A DNA stretch of 64,000 nucleotides from Lingula anatina (taxonomy: Eukaryota; Animalia; Brachiopoda): contig CM120641.1 of assembly GCA_051362555.1 (NCBI GenBank), positions 1,860,001 to 1,924,000 on the forward strand, written 5' to 3'. Both the position numbers and the translations under genes were made by a program. A model generated the notes under the pieces. It did no database searches, had not been told where the DNA came from, and saw nothing but the letters and a program-made list of their open reading frames with translations. Positions within the stretch are counted from its first letter, which is position 1. The number at the start of each line of letters is the position of its first letter. Positions 38,331-52,700 of the stretch are shown piece by piece.

Positions 38331-41300
38331 AAGTAAGTACCAGCGCATCCTCCCGTTTTTGTACCAGTCCTACGTTCCAATGCTTTCATTTTGGGGATAA
38401 GGCCGATTAGCTAGAATAACCTTTGTTTTGATTTTTTCATCTAAGCTCCATGTTTTCAGGTCCATTTCTGGTCTGTTTCAGATAAACAGAGTGATGTGAG
38501 TGACATTAGTGGCGTCTACTAGGCGGTGTGCCGATAACATAACTCATTTGCGGTGTTACCACGGCGTTACCAGACACCTAGGAAGTACCATGAATGGGAA
38601 AGAGGCTTTTCGAAATCCTTCCATAAAACGGGTACCTCATATCCAAAACAATGACAGACGAGCCATTTTGCATGCTTCCCTACATCTTAGACTTGTCAGA
38701 AGGTATTTAACTATGAATACATGAATTGGCCGTGAAGCTAGATTGTGATAGTTACTGATACGAAGCTCTACGTGCATACTGAAAGCAAATAGATATACTC
38801 TGTACAAAGTGATAAAAGGTGCGCACAGTTCATTGGGCACGTGTGTTAACACACGTTATACATGTACATGTAACTGGATTGGGTCCAAGTACATTCCTCA
38901 ACTTTTTTACTGTGTTGTAACAGTGAAAGATAAGACACAATGCAACGGATATATGCAACAGAGCGGAAATTATGGCGCATCATCAGCTGTTTATCGGAAG
39001 ATAACGATGCTGAACATCCTGAGACTTGATAATTAAATTGAGGAGACAAGTATCACTAACACACACTGGGAATTAACACACTCGTGAAATCTTCCAAATT
39101 TGGGTGCTTACCAAGAGGCATGACTACACCCAGATATAAAATTACTCCTGGAATCAATATTACACTTGAGAGTAATTCACTTGCTCGAGGGGAAAAAGTA
39201 CAAGAAATAATAAATGTTTTAGCTTGTCATGAGTAATTGATAAGCAATAGGAGCTGACTTTGTTTTCAGTCCCCGTGAAACCAAGGTGTATACAAGGATG
39301 GATATTATTTAACAGACAATGCTACATTGTGGAACTCCCAGAACTTTTCATGTATTGTATTTGAATCCAGTGTTTCTGTTTTATCAGTTGGAATTCAAAA
39401 ATTGTAATTACTTACAGCACCAAAGTTGGGTGCTTATCGCTGGTGTATAGTGTGGTGTCGTGGACGTTTTATAAAATAATTGTTCGATTTTTGTTTAAGT
39501 ATAGAGCGGGTCCTAATTTAAATACAAGAGGTGATTTTTTTTTTTTTTTTTTTTTTTTTTGTCATTTATGGTTAATTTTCCCTTTTAGTATGACATATTT
39601 AGCCACACAGAAGAAAAATGATTAATAATATCGAAATGCTATGTAGAACTGGATAATTACTCAAGGATCTTTCCAAGCTTAATCCCCCTTATTTTTACAA
39701 TGACTATTTTGAGATGCTTTTTGCAAATATCATCGGCCAATATGTGTGTTGCTTCGGAAATCTCTTGTTGTTTCATTGTTTACCTACAGCAGTATTCTGT
39801 TTTTATGAATATTTTTAAACAGTGCTAGAAACCTCTAACTGTATTTTTATAGTATTTTGAACATTGATACACTGTTATTTGATTCGGTGTGTTTTTCATA
39901 GCTTTATAGAGAATTATGGTTCAAATTTGTTATTGCAAGATTATATGGGAGGTTGAGTGATATGGTAGCCGATTAAAGATCTTATGTGAAGTGTTTTAGT
40001 TAAATATAACATAAATTGTTCTTGCCAGTCATTTCATTTTTGTTAAGTGTAAACTGCTGATAACTTTTCTAGCTTACCGCAGTCCAATGAGAGTTACTGC
40101 GTTAATGATTTTTTTTTTGGTGCAAATTTTGTAGTATTTAATGTAGATGTAGATATGCTAATATCTAAGTATTAATAAGGAATAAAACGACCGTTATGAA
40201 AATTAATCCATAAACGATGTCTGACTTGTGGTGTTTGTTGTCATGATGTGTAGAAGAAAACAAAATGGATTGATTTTCTTTCTTCAACTCGAGGAATAAT
40301 TTCGAAATACTATATCAGAGTCCGAAATCCCGAAATACAAACGTGATACTTACAAAAAATAAGTTGTTTACCAGATGTAAAGTATATGTTTTAATCAATC
40401 TTTAAATCAATTAATTAATTAATTAAATAATTAATAACATCATCTGTCAAATGTTCTCAAAAACATGCAAAAAAAAAAAAAAAACATTTCTGAGGCTGGC
40501 GATGAGTGGAATACAGAAAGGCTGTTGTCAGTATAACAGTTGGTTTTCTTCTTCCGATCAAGATAATTCGATTAAGTCGGAAATAAGGAGGTAGAGCGTT
40601 GTGGAGTTTTGATCCATCAGTTCTTTTATCAATTATAATTTTAGAGTGGAGACATGTCACCACACAGAAACTCCTATAAAATGGCCATTGCCTCGCGTAT
40701 TCTTGGGCTTCGTGTTGGCTTTAAATGTTTTCCCGGGGGTGTGGGGGGTTGTCTGTCAGCCTCTAGAGGGTATGCCTTTAAAAAAGATTCACTATGATGC
40801 GATTTCGCTTGTCTGGCAGTTGTAGAGCAGATCATTAATCCCCCCTCCCCTGAACTAGGATAGAAAAGTTACTTATTGTACCTGGGGTTGGCTAAGACTA
40901 CTTTTACCGTAAGCGTGAAAAAGGTGACCAAACTGTGTTAGAGAAGCCAGAGATCTATTCACCATTTTATTCCGTCCTTAGCTTTGATTGCTTGTCTAAC
41001 TTAAAGCTGGTGGATATTTGGAATCTATTTATTCTCATCAGTAGGTTTGAAAGCATTTTGTTTCTAATTCAGCTCCTCCTAATGTGACTTAATTATCTCG
41101 AACACTCACGAGAAAATAGACAATACCACTGTGTGATACTACTGTGTAAAAAAGTATGTAGAACATTGTCGAAGTGTATGTCTTTCCTCCACAAAGCAAT
41201 TATTTGGAAACACTCTTGGAATTTACGACAACCTTCAGCATTTCCCCAACGATATTAAGTAAGACGAGCGGGAATTAAAAGTGCGGTAATTTCACACATG

Positions 41301-42118
41301 GAGCCACTAACTTTAATGAGAATTACCACCTCCTCCTTCTCAGTGATGTAGGTACTACATGTACTGATATGTAATGGGTACATGTGTACTGTTACTTCCA
41401 CGAATGTCGTTGATAGAAAGCTCTATAATTAACTTAATATTTGCAGTTGCAGCTCTTAGCAAGCTCATATTTACGTTTATGTCACTGGGATAAGTTATCT
41501 TTAACAAGGTCAAATTCCACTCATTTCCTTTCCGTTTTTATCGACTCGCAATAAGTTGCGCTGGGTATTTAATAAATATGGTTACACAAACAAAATAGCA
41601 CAAACACCTATGAAACTGTTGAACAAGGGGGGGCGCAGTCGATCATACGGACTAAGATGTTTAGAACCCCTTTTTGCTTGACCAGTCTTTGCCTGCAATC
41701 CAAGTATTTCAGATGCAGGGAAATGAACTTATTGGATTGGGGCCATGTGTTACATGTAATTCCTTGTCTTCACATGTAGGAGTTTCGTAAATGAATATCT
41801 AAAAAGCAAATACATGTACTAAGCGCTGTAACAACAACAACAATATTGAAAGGTTATCAACAGTTTTTTAATGTCAGTTGTTCTCACTTCGTTGAGCAGC
41901 TTAACGATGAAGTGTTGAACTTGCACGGGATTGCAGTTCTTTTCTTGGTGAAAAAAAGGATAGCATTTCCTATATTCACAAACAGTGTAATGACTGAAAA
42001 TTATCTAAAAAAAGACGGTACAGCGTGACACGTTCTGCCTTTAGTCTTACACGATTGTCTGGTACCGTACAAACAACAAATGAAGATGGCTTTTCTGCCA
42101 AATGGCCCACTTGCTTAA

Positions 42119-42270
42119 AACCCCCTTTACACTGGACGGCGTCGTTTCTGCGTCCTTTGTGCGACAATAAAACTGGCGGTCGTAGAAAGGAGGCACAGGC
42201 ATCGCTTTTACTCTCAAAAGGGGTCGTACTACGGGACGCAGAAAGGACGCCGTCCAGGGTAAAGGGGGTT
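42119..42270. mobile_element. MITE family A, intact copy
   Basis: TIRs AACCCCCTTTACACTGGACGGCGTC ... GACGCCGTCCAGGGTAAAGGGGGTT. Confidence 0.8.
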
Positions 42271-43215
42271 GAGTGATGATATATATAATAATTTTTGCGG
42301 TTTGGACCATTTCAAGAAAGAAGAAGAGTTTGCCACTGCTGGAGTAGTCTATTGCACTACAATAACGTGGCATTTGAGACAAACAGCAACGTAACGTATT
42401 CGTCACCAAACACTAGCTTTCCAAATGTCAACGGGATGGGTTGGGGACACCAAAAAAAGTTGATTTTGCCCTATGTCTGATCACTGATCAAGATAATGAA
42501 ATCTGTTGCCTGGTATGGAGTCAAGTCAAGCATCTGCTTGAGCTAGCATTTTTCACCATCAATTTCCTCCCGTTTTCTCCGAGGAAGGATCATTCAGCTC
42601 ATTACATTACAGATAATACGGATAGCGTGCTTTTTAACATCCTTATGAATACTTGTAATAAAGATCTATTGATTTGTTGTGGAACTTTCGAGAAAGCTAG
42701 TTGCGTAAGGCTTACAAATTTTTTTATCTCAACTGGTGAAATTCGACATTCAACGAGACAGGATGACAATGAAGGTATGCCGTTCTGTTTTCCCGTTTCC
42801 GATTTTCGAGGACATTTTTGAAATAACTTTAATTCAAAAAAATACATTTACATAAATAAAATGTAAAATTGATGATAATTTAAGGTTATCATTATACTGC
42901 ACTTTAAATGTTTTGGTTACAGTGGCGGTGGCTGATTGAGTGAACAGTAAACAGTAAACGGCGTATTTGTAGCAAAGTTTGCAGATTCTTTTAGGGGATG
43001 GAGGGGGTTAAGTCTATAAATTTGCGTTTCTGAATTTCAAGGTCGTAAGCACTTACAAGGGGTATTATATATTTAGCTAAATTTTACGTCTTCAGTTTTG
43101 ACATCCTGGGTATGTGTTAATAGATGTTCTTTTCTTTCAAAAATTTTGTTAAACATTTTTGTAAGTGCGAAGCGGGTTGCCGTCCGTTAATATTCTAAAT
43201 CTTCTTCTTATTTTT

Positions 43216-43258
<43 letters not shown>

Positions 43259-46200
43259 TTGAAAAACAGTTTTCAGCGGTTTTTTGTAGGCCTTTTGCTT
43301 GTGCAGTATAATTAATAAATAAAATTTGAAGGCAATTTCTGACCGTCTTCATTTTTCACCTTACAAATTGGTGATTGCCTTAGATTCTGAAAATATTCAA
43401 TGTCTTGGGAGAAGCAATAAAGTCATTTGTGCTCAAATTCCAAGAACTATGCATTTCCGTTAAAAAACCGCAAGCAAGAACATTGCAGAGTTCGATTAAT
43501 GGACCCGTGGTAAATACATGTACATCTCAACTGAATATATCTGGAAAAATGCCGGACTTCGTTTACCTATCCACAGTCATGCATTTACGTTTTTACCGTC
43601 CAGGCCCTAGTTTCTAGAAAGAACCCCCTTGATATTCGGTGTATCTTGTAGACCTGAGTACAGATTAGGTCAGAGAGATTCGATATGAGGTAAACAATAC
43701 GGCATAGGACAATTATTTTTGTACTTGTTGTTAAAACATACCATATTTATCTAGCATAACACCCCAAACTTGGGTTAGTTTGGTGTATGTGTACTTTACA
43801 CCTTGTTAATTAACTGCGGTCCTAAATTATTATTATTTTTTTATGATTTTGTATAGTACTACATGTAATGTTAAAAAACAATGTCCGTAACCGCGCAAAT
43901 TTAGTAAAGGACGTAAATTTAGAAAAATGCTATAAATCAGGGCACCGTTGTAAGCATCCCTATGGATATAACACTAATAAAACTTCCAAGATTCGTGATC
44001 AAAAATCTTCACGTAGGAATCGCTCTGGGGAAATCTAACAGAGACGACAATAGCCAGTTTCAATATTTGAGCACATAGCGTCACTTGGTCTGGAATTCCG
44101 TAAAGTTATCTGTCTCCCGGGACAGGTGTGTATAGCTTATGGCATTTGTAATAAATAGTGACATCTGATAAAGAAACAAACCAAGGAAACATGTTTAGTC
44201 TAGAAAAGGAGGCATCGCATCTACTAGAAAAATGAGGGCATTGCACCTGGAGTGTCTAATCTGGGCCTGTTATGACGGAATGTTCGCACTTTGCGCTTTT
44301 CGAGAACTGTCCCTTTATGTCCTTAAATGGACTTTTTTCCCTAGTGAGTTTGGAAAAATTGTTTGAAAAGGTTTATAAGCTGATCCCAGCCCCATGGTGC
44401 ACCAATAGCACAAACTCACGGAAAATTACCCCCCCCCCCTCCCCGGGAAATTCTTGTTCTTGTCCAAAAGATAAAATGTAAATTTCTAATACATGTACAG
44501 TAATAAGTGGCGCATTGAGCATCAATTTGTAACTATTTTGAAGGTCACCAGAGGTCAAGGTCATGGCCTAATTTTACGGTAATTATGGAGTTTGACAGAA
44601 AATTGATTTTACAGTGATCAAACACAACTCAGGTGATTTAATATCATTGTATTACAGAAAAAGATACCTTTAAGGCTTAGTTTTATGGACAAACTAGTTT
44701 GACACTGGGGAAAGACAATCTGCTACACAAAAATAACCATGGTAGTATTAAAACTGTGTCTTATAAGCCATCAAGCCTGTAAATGAACGAACGTTTCGCA
44801 ATGTATTTTTGGTTGAAATCGCGAGCTTCTTTTCTTTGCGCACAGTATTTACTACAGCTCTTACCCCTCGGGGGAGGTTTTTAGGCCTGCTTAATTGCAA
44901 CAGCACTTCACAACTATCGCAATGGCGACTGCTTTCACTCTTGTCTGCAGTGAAAGAAAACTCAGGGTGTTTTTACTTTGAATCTATCGAACTACATGTA
45001 CAAATGTAGCTACTGCGCATTAAGTCCACGGGAACTCTCACTGAATGTAATTATATGAACTGATTAACACCCTCCTCCTGAAGTTGGTTGGAACACTGAA
45101 AAACTAATGAATATTCGAGTACGCCTACGTTGAAAACTAGCCGACTGGACATAAAGTGAGCTACTTAGTAGATTTCGAGTGATATCTTTAATAAACATAG
45201 TATTTATAAACACGAGGTTTTGTCTACTGTGCTTACCCGTCAGTTTGTCTTCATAATGGCGGAGCCTGATATCGCAGTGGTACATAGGTAGGCCCCATAG
45301 TGTACCTTGCCTGTGCCACGCCGCTACTTACAACGAAGATGTTTATATCTTTGTTGTTAATCATTGTCCTCGAAATAGTCCATTTTCATGAAGTTCCTAT
45401 TTGTTGTCATGGAGCCAGTCATATGTGGACCCCTAGCACCGTACAGTGCGTTCTTTTGTGTCCGAGTGATCTGACTTGACACTGCACCGTATACTTGTAT
45501 CTTTTGGTGACTGTGCCTAGTTCTTTAACTTTGCATTCTATCGAAAAAATGCTTTTGCCACGACTCACAAGTACATGGTTCACTCTATAGCGCACAATGT
45601 ATGTCGTCATTCTACGATCTCCGTTGTACTATACCTTCCAATCTTTTAATTGTAAGTGAAAAACTCCAGATTCTTTCAATTTATAATGGTATTTATTTCT
45701 TGCAAACGCACGTATTTTTTTCTCAGGGTTAAATTTAGATGTTTTTCAAATATATATTGCATTTCCTTACATAAGCGTTTATCTTCCTTGTGTTTGTTGC
45801 ATATGGGATATTAAAAAGATAACGGCTAATTTTTCCCAGAAACCAAGTTCATCCCTACAGAAGTTTATTGCATAATATCATATTTTGAGCAATAGGACTA
45901 GAACAAGAAATTAATCTTTGAAATTAATTTCACAAGGGCATTTTGTTTTGATAAGCAAAATCCAATTATATTTATAAAAATGAAGGTAAGATTATTTAGA
46001 TTTAATTGATATTTCTTTCAAAGCCCCCTACGGCATTTTGCAGAATAATCTTACTTATCCTTCACGACTGTTATTGGATTATATCATGTTTTGCACAATG
46101 GGGCGAGAAAATGAAATTGATCTTCGAAATTAATTTGACAAGGATATTTTGTTTTTATGAGCGCAAATCCAATTATGCAATAGTTATTGAACATAAAGCA

Positions 46201-46710
46201 CTGATAGACACAGACTGGCTGACGCATACGATGAGATCATTGCGTAATCCTGGACTGGTAATAAAAAAGTACATCAGGCACCAAGTAATGTCAGAAATTG
46301 AAGGACCTGCCCAAAAGTATTCCTAGAAAAAAGTGGGACCCGTTTCTCAAAGAAAAATTATTTATGGAGAATGTTACATGTACAAGTACACCCAGAAAGA
46401 CGACTACGTAAAGTTAACTTTGTAATTTTGATCTAAAAAGATAGATGATCAGGACACACGAACTGGAATAGATCAGTGTCAAGCGATTTGCTAAAGAAAT
46501 TCACTGATCTGAATACCAAGACAAGAAAGATGCACATGTACACGATCACGCTGCCAATAACAAAACCATATGGAGCACCAATTTTGAGTTTATTGAGTAG
46601 GTTTAAGAATTATAATGACAAACCAGTCGCATATTAGTTATTGGCGCTTAGTTGGCCTTTTAGGGCAAACGTTTTGAGCCAACATTATTTTGCGCCACCT
46701 GCAACTGCCC

Positions 46711-49700
46711 TTAAACCTGTTCAACACTCGTTTGGGTCTTTTTCATAGGCGAGGTAGGCCTTGATTGAATCGACAAATAGATATTCCCGTTTTGAGATAT
46801 CCTCTTATTTGAAGAGATGGAATCTGTGGTGAATAACCTCGGTCTTGATAGAGAACTATGGTCAGCGGATGGCGAACAAATGCTTCTTCTTACAGATAAA
46901 GAGTTTCGACCCCTGGAGTGGATGACGTCAAGTTCCTGCGCGAAACTGCTGCTCAGGTTGAAAAAACGGGCCGACAACCGGCCACATATTCGCCTTCGTC
47001 GTAATTCTCTCCGGAATCCTTGATGATAAAACGTATATATCACTGGGTTATACATTGCTGAGGATTTAGCAAATATTACGGGAATACCGGCTGTTAGTGG
47101 ACTGATTTGAGTGGCATCACCAAATGTTCCAATAAGGGCCACTACGCTGTAAGGAATCCATGAGAGACAAAAGAGCAAAAGAATTACCATTGTCATTTTC
47201 ACCACCTTCACCTCTGATTTCAAGGCCTTTTTCGTCCTGCAGTAAAAAAGTAATTTATTTGATGCGTGAACGTAGTAAAACACATTACAATAACACACTA
47301 GTATGACAAGGAACGGCACAACGAAACCACCAATGAACAATGCCAACACGAACAACCTGTTTTCTAAAGTTTGTGTCAAAAAGTCGAATGTACACGAAGT
47401 TCCTGTGCCCTCCAGAATGTACTGACCCCATCCGAAGATCGGCGGAAGGGTCCATAGGATAGAGTACAACCACGTGACTACAACGGAGACTGCTACTTGA
47501 CGCCGGCTTCCTTTGGTGGGACAGGAACGCACGATGACTTTGTACCTCTCAAAAGCAATGGCGGCGATAGTGTTCATGGACATCAGACCAAATATCCCAA
47601 CCACCATAGCATGGATATCACAACCTGAAGCAATGAAGGAAATAATATTATGATTCTGACGCTTTGTATATTTTCGCCAAATAAAAGGCACCCTAGTCCA
47701 CAGGAAAATCCCAGAAAGTCTTCCGACTAAGTGAAAAATCAACCGAGACTTTGCATGATTAGGATGTACATGTAATGGTAGATAACATGTAGCAATGTGG
47801 CATGTCAACAAATAAAAGCTGTAAGAATTTTTTCAAGGAATTTTTTTCTGGTTGTTTTCTATGTAGTTCTGTTGAATTACAGTCTTTTTCATTCTCACAA
47901 GGGTGAGATGTCACCATATTTTGCGTGTTACTTTAATTTTTTTATTGTATTTTTTAAAACGATCGCGACATGTCCGGCTCGTGAAGAAATAAAGCACCTG
48001 GTCTGAAATATTTAGTCAAGTATTACTGTACATGTTAACCACACTGAGGCGCATTGGAGTGCCGTAGATAAGAACCATACTTTATTATTACTTTTTTATT
48101 ACTTATAGTGTTTCCACCTTACAAAATGTATTGCTGAATAGTTACATATAACTCCACCTCAGCCAGTCTCACACGTTTTCTGGCTCCGTATGACGTCACA
48201 GAGTCATAATAACCTCGGATGAACCTCATTATTTCATCTTACTTATTGGAACAACGATCACGTTTTTTGATTTATTACATATTTACTTTACAGAGTTAAG
48301 TCACACCTTTAGGTCTTGACGCAGATAATAAAACACGTGTTAATAGCGATGTGGGCCTAGTCCCTGTGTGAACTCTTTTTAAATAGATATTCATTTGTAA
48401 ATATGACATTTCCTTTTTTTACTTGAGCTACTTCACTGTTTTAGCTGAGTACTTCGCAGTTCTGGATATGTACTTCAAAGTTTTCGCTCTTGGCACAAGC
48501 TGTCAATAAAACACTTGTTAATGAAGACATCCTTCGCGTGTGACTGTCATATATCTCCTTGTTTAGACAAGGACTTCGGTTAGTCATGTCCAAGATATGT
48601 TATACTCAGCAGGCACCCAACGTTAGACAAATGTTGTATCTTAGTCGAAATTCAACGACTAAGTTTTAATCAGGCGGGCTAATGTTTGAGCCTCCTCTCA
48701 AAATAAATAAATATATAAGTAATTTTAGTTAAACAATAAAATGGAGGTAAGATCTTTCTGCGAATCTCAGAGCGCAGTGCGTTAAACTTTGGTTGGCTCA
48801 GATCTGAGCTCTTTCTTGTCGTCCACAAATCGAATCCATATATGAAAACTGCAGTCTGAAATTGATGCAAATTACCTCTTCTGTCTGTGTTCGATGCCAA
48901 TTATATGGTTGAGCAAACTATCAGCTCAATTAGAAATTTCTAATCTGGACCTAAGTGGCGTCCTGTTCCGCCTGTGTTTGAAATAACACAAACATTGAAC
49001 GACTCACATCACTGGGTGTTTTGAAGGTTTTGGCTCTGGGACATTAGAGTAACTGAATTAGCGGGCAGCGTGCTGATCGCACTCTCCCATGTGAGTATTT
49101 AGCTGACAAATGCGCGTTGTTACGTGTCGTAAATCTGTTTAAAAACAACCTGATCAGTGTAATTCTATTTAATCCTATTTCACCTCGAAGCTTTCAGCTT
49201 TTTTTCCTTTGGTTCCTGCTGGTTTTTGTGTAAATAATTCTAAATAAGTAGAAGTTCTGTCACAAGCTGTATCACTGGTTGATGTACGCGAGTGATGCAA
49301 ACTTTTTAGCAGTTTTTTTTTTTTTTTTTTTTGATAAACTTCATAATTTTTATATCGCATGCCCAAATGTATGCCACACTGAGTACTTTGTGAGGGGAGG
49401 TGGGGCACTACAAACATGTTTGAAATCACTACCAAATGCCCCTCACTCTGCTCTACACGTTACATTGTCCAATATTGTGACAGATGGTACGTATGGTATG
49501 GAGAGTACATGTAGTATTAGGTGATTGTATAATTCCCCGCCCAGGCCAGCTTGTAAATGGCATCTTGCGTAGACGGATTGCACACCATGAATCTGAATAC
49601 GACTGGAAGATGTTCTGTGCTGCACAAAGAATTAGATAATGGGATTTTTAAACACAAGCTAGTACTGTGCTACATCATCTGGCTTTGAGGGCAATAGACA

Positions 49701-52700
49701 TTATGTCTGTTTTAATCAGTATATTTGAAATTCAAATTAAAACACATTTTGTTGAAATATTTTTTTGTGAGCAAGTGATAGCTGAAAGGATATTATATAA
49801 ATGGAAAAGTAACAATATTGATAGACTCATGGTGGAAATTTAAAATCGCATGGATTCGATCCCAAAGAACCATGTTTGGGGTATTGGTTATTTCATTGAT
49901 CTGATAGTTGGCGTATACCGGTACCTTGATCGACTTTTTTTTTCATCTATTTAATCATCATCTTTAATTAATCTCTATTGTGTGTATTTTTACTAAGATA
50001 TATATTAAAAACATTTATCTTCATGGAACCACTTTGGTCAAATCTGTTGTCATTCTGGAATTATTTACCAACTGTTCCTATAGTAGTCCTTTAGTATTCT
50101 ATTTGACTTTACGGGAATTAATAATTCTATCGGACGTTCTATAGAATTCCTATCTAGGACATATGTCCTCTGGGACCCTATGGAAAATTCCTCTAAGGCA
50201 TTTCATGACTGTGCATACTTTGACACTTATATCGGACAACCCACGCGCATACAGCATTGTCATCCTTACCTACTTTTCCAAAGACCCATTTCCCCTCCAG
50301 CGCAGCCACGGTCACCATGGGAACGGCCGTGGACATCATTAAATCGCTCCAGGAGAGATTAAGTATCAACATGTTTGCAGGCGTTCGAAGCGATGGAGAA
50401 CTGAAATATATTGTAAAATTAGTTTACGAACGATTGAATTTAATAATCTTTCCAGAAAACACAGAACATTTTGTAACGTTGCCATAATAACACTTTTTGG
50501 TTATTTAAATGTTTTGGTAACATTTTAATAACGTTTTGTGTTTGCTGGGTTCATGACACAGACATACTTCACTGAATATTCAGTATCAAATATGTTTTCA
50601 TTTCACACCTTGCTTATGAAGAACAGAATACGTTTTTTGCGGCTTTTGCGAAATAAATGCTTATTGCTCTGCACGAACACTTAGTACAAGACAGCCAACA
50701 GTTAGGTGTGTAATAAAATTGTGACAGGTAAGAGAATAAAACGCAGACAATAGATAAGTTAGTGACAGACAAAACTATGCAGGTTACATAACATCTTTAT
50801 AATTTATTGAAATGACTGAAATGACAACAGATATTAATTTTACATATATGTATTATACTAAGACAACTTAGTAGATAAGACTACATTCTGAGACGCGAGA
50901 TGAGTTTTATGCCATCTATTATGGGAACAATTGCAACTGTCACCATTGGTGCTCCTACCCTCTTCTACACGTTGAGTGAATAACGCTTGTTGTATAAATG
51001 GAAGTGAGCATTCGCACAGTATAGTTTACCTGTACAAAGTTGTTGTATATTTTTATTATGCTTTGGGCATATATGCAGTTTTATAAAGTTTATAGGCAGG
51101 CCTAAATTCAAGCTTATACATAGATATTGTTTTCTGTTCTGTTTCTTTGCTGGCTTCAATACATTTACCATGCGGTTATTTCTCTAAAGCAAAATAACGA
51201 AGGAAAACTTTCTGTCACGAGTTGTAGGCTGATTTTGTATTGGTTTTTACATTTACGTGCCTTTTGTGAATGAGACACCTATTCATTGTCAATTGAAGTA
51301 AAATGAATCGTGTACGGTATTGCTTGCATCTTATTGAAAACGTATTAGCTGCAACCCGATCCAAATATAGTGTAGTGCAGTGTGATAGATAAGATAACAC
51401 TGGATGTTGAAAAAAGGATGGGTTTTTTAGTTCCGCATTGGACTCTACACATCGGACAAGATACTGGCGTTCCATACTCCGGCAACTCACGGCCAATACA
51501 GACATATTGCAAATCCATGTAGCATTTGTTTAGAACAACTCGTACATTTAGACACCGCAAGCAGGAAAGGAGAGACTAAGCAGGGGTGTTTACCTGTAAG
51601 ACCAGACACAATCTATAAGATGTTTTTAAAACGAGTATTGACTCCCTGTAAACAGTGTCGGTAGACGGAATTTATCTAATTTTTTAACCGTATGGGTATG
51701 TCGCATCAATTATAGATTGCTCTTATTACAAAACCAATACCCAAAACATTTCCCTTTGGAAAAGACAGAAATAGGTGCGGAAAATCCGATTTTCACAAAA
51801 TTAAGGCCAATTGCGCTCATGAACCAAGGTATCAATACTGTCTGGCCAAGCTGCACCCAGGAATTCAGAGTCTGTTGAAACCGGCATGACAAGAATGGTA
51901 GTCCGCAAGGAGCCGTAGTCTGCTCCCCATTACTTTGTACAGGTGAAATTTGTCCCATATACTAACCCCAATACTACGACTAGTACTAACCCTAACCTGT
52001 ACGTAATCAAATGGGAGCCCAGACTTTCCCCCGAAAAATTTGGTATTTTAGAGAGCGAACGGTGCCACCTGGTACGGTTTAGAACTATAATTCAGCTAGT
52101 TTGAATATTAATTTCAAAGGGGGACCATTGGTTTGATTTTTTTCAAAAATCGCACGGGGGTCAGCCCCCCCCCCCCCCCCCCCCCGACCCCCCTTAAATC
52201 CGCCAATGTGGTTAGATAATCATCGGGAGTTCTTTCAAACTCAGGGTGGGAAGTTTGCACTTTGAAGCGTTGCCATGCCGTTGCGTAATGAAGCTGAAGG
52301 GTGGAAATTAACCTTCTTCCAAGCCATCAGTTACCATTAGGTGGCAACACTGATTCCAATATTTCAAGGGAACGAACACTAAAGAAGACATACATGAAAA
52401 ATAGATAAAGCAAAACACAGGAGATGTGGACAAGGCGATTGGCGTTTTTCCACTCGGTCAATTATCTTCCGTCTTATTCATTCTATTTTTAGACGAACAC
52501 GTGCACATCATTTACAGAACACGAACATTAAAAATAGGCACAGCCCGATTGATTATGGGTATTTTTAATGGAAGAACGACGGGAAGTGAGGGTGAATGTT
52601 TTGAATACATTGTAGCGAGGCAATGGCCAATGAGTAAATTATCACAAATTATCACATCACAAATAACAACAGCCTACATCCATGTACACAATGCGAGGTC

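Noticed and set aside
42441-42847. Overlapping 126-aa (+) and 81-aa (-) ORFs
   Set aside because: Non-ATG or weak starts, no domain signal and no flanking exons.
47625-47811. N-terminal extension of the 366-aa opsin ORF
   Set aside because: It is intronic read-through. A good acceptor sits at 47625-47626, and the real TM1/TM2 exons are at 60326-60181 and 50400-50270.
49520-49621. Exon-like open stretch in opsin intron 2 (TEHLPVVFRFMVCNP...)
   Set aside because: No recognisable homology or partner exons. It is short and open on both strands, so a nested gene cannot be supported.
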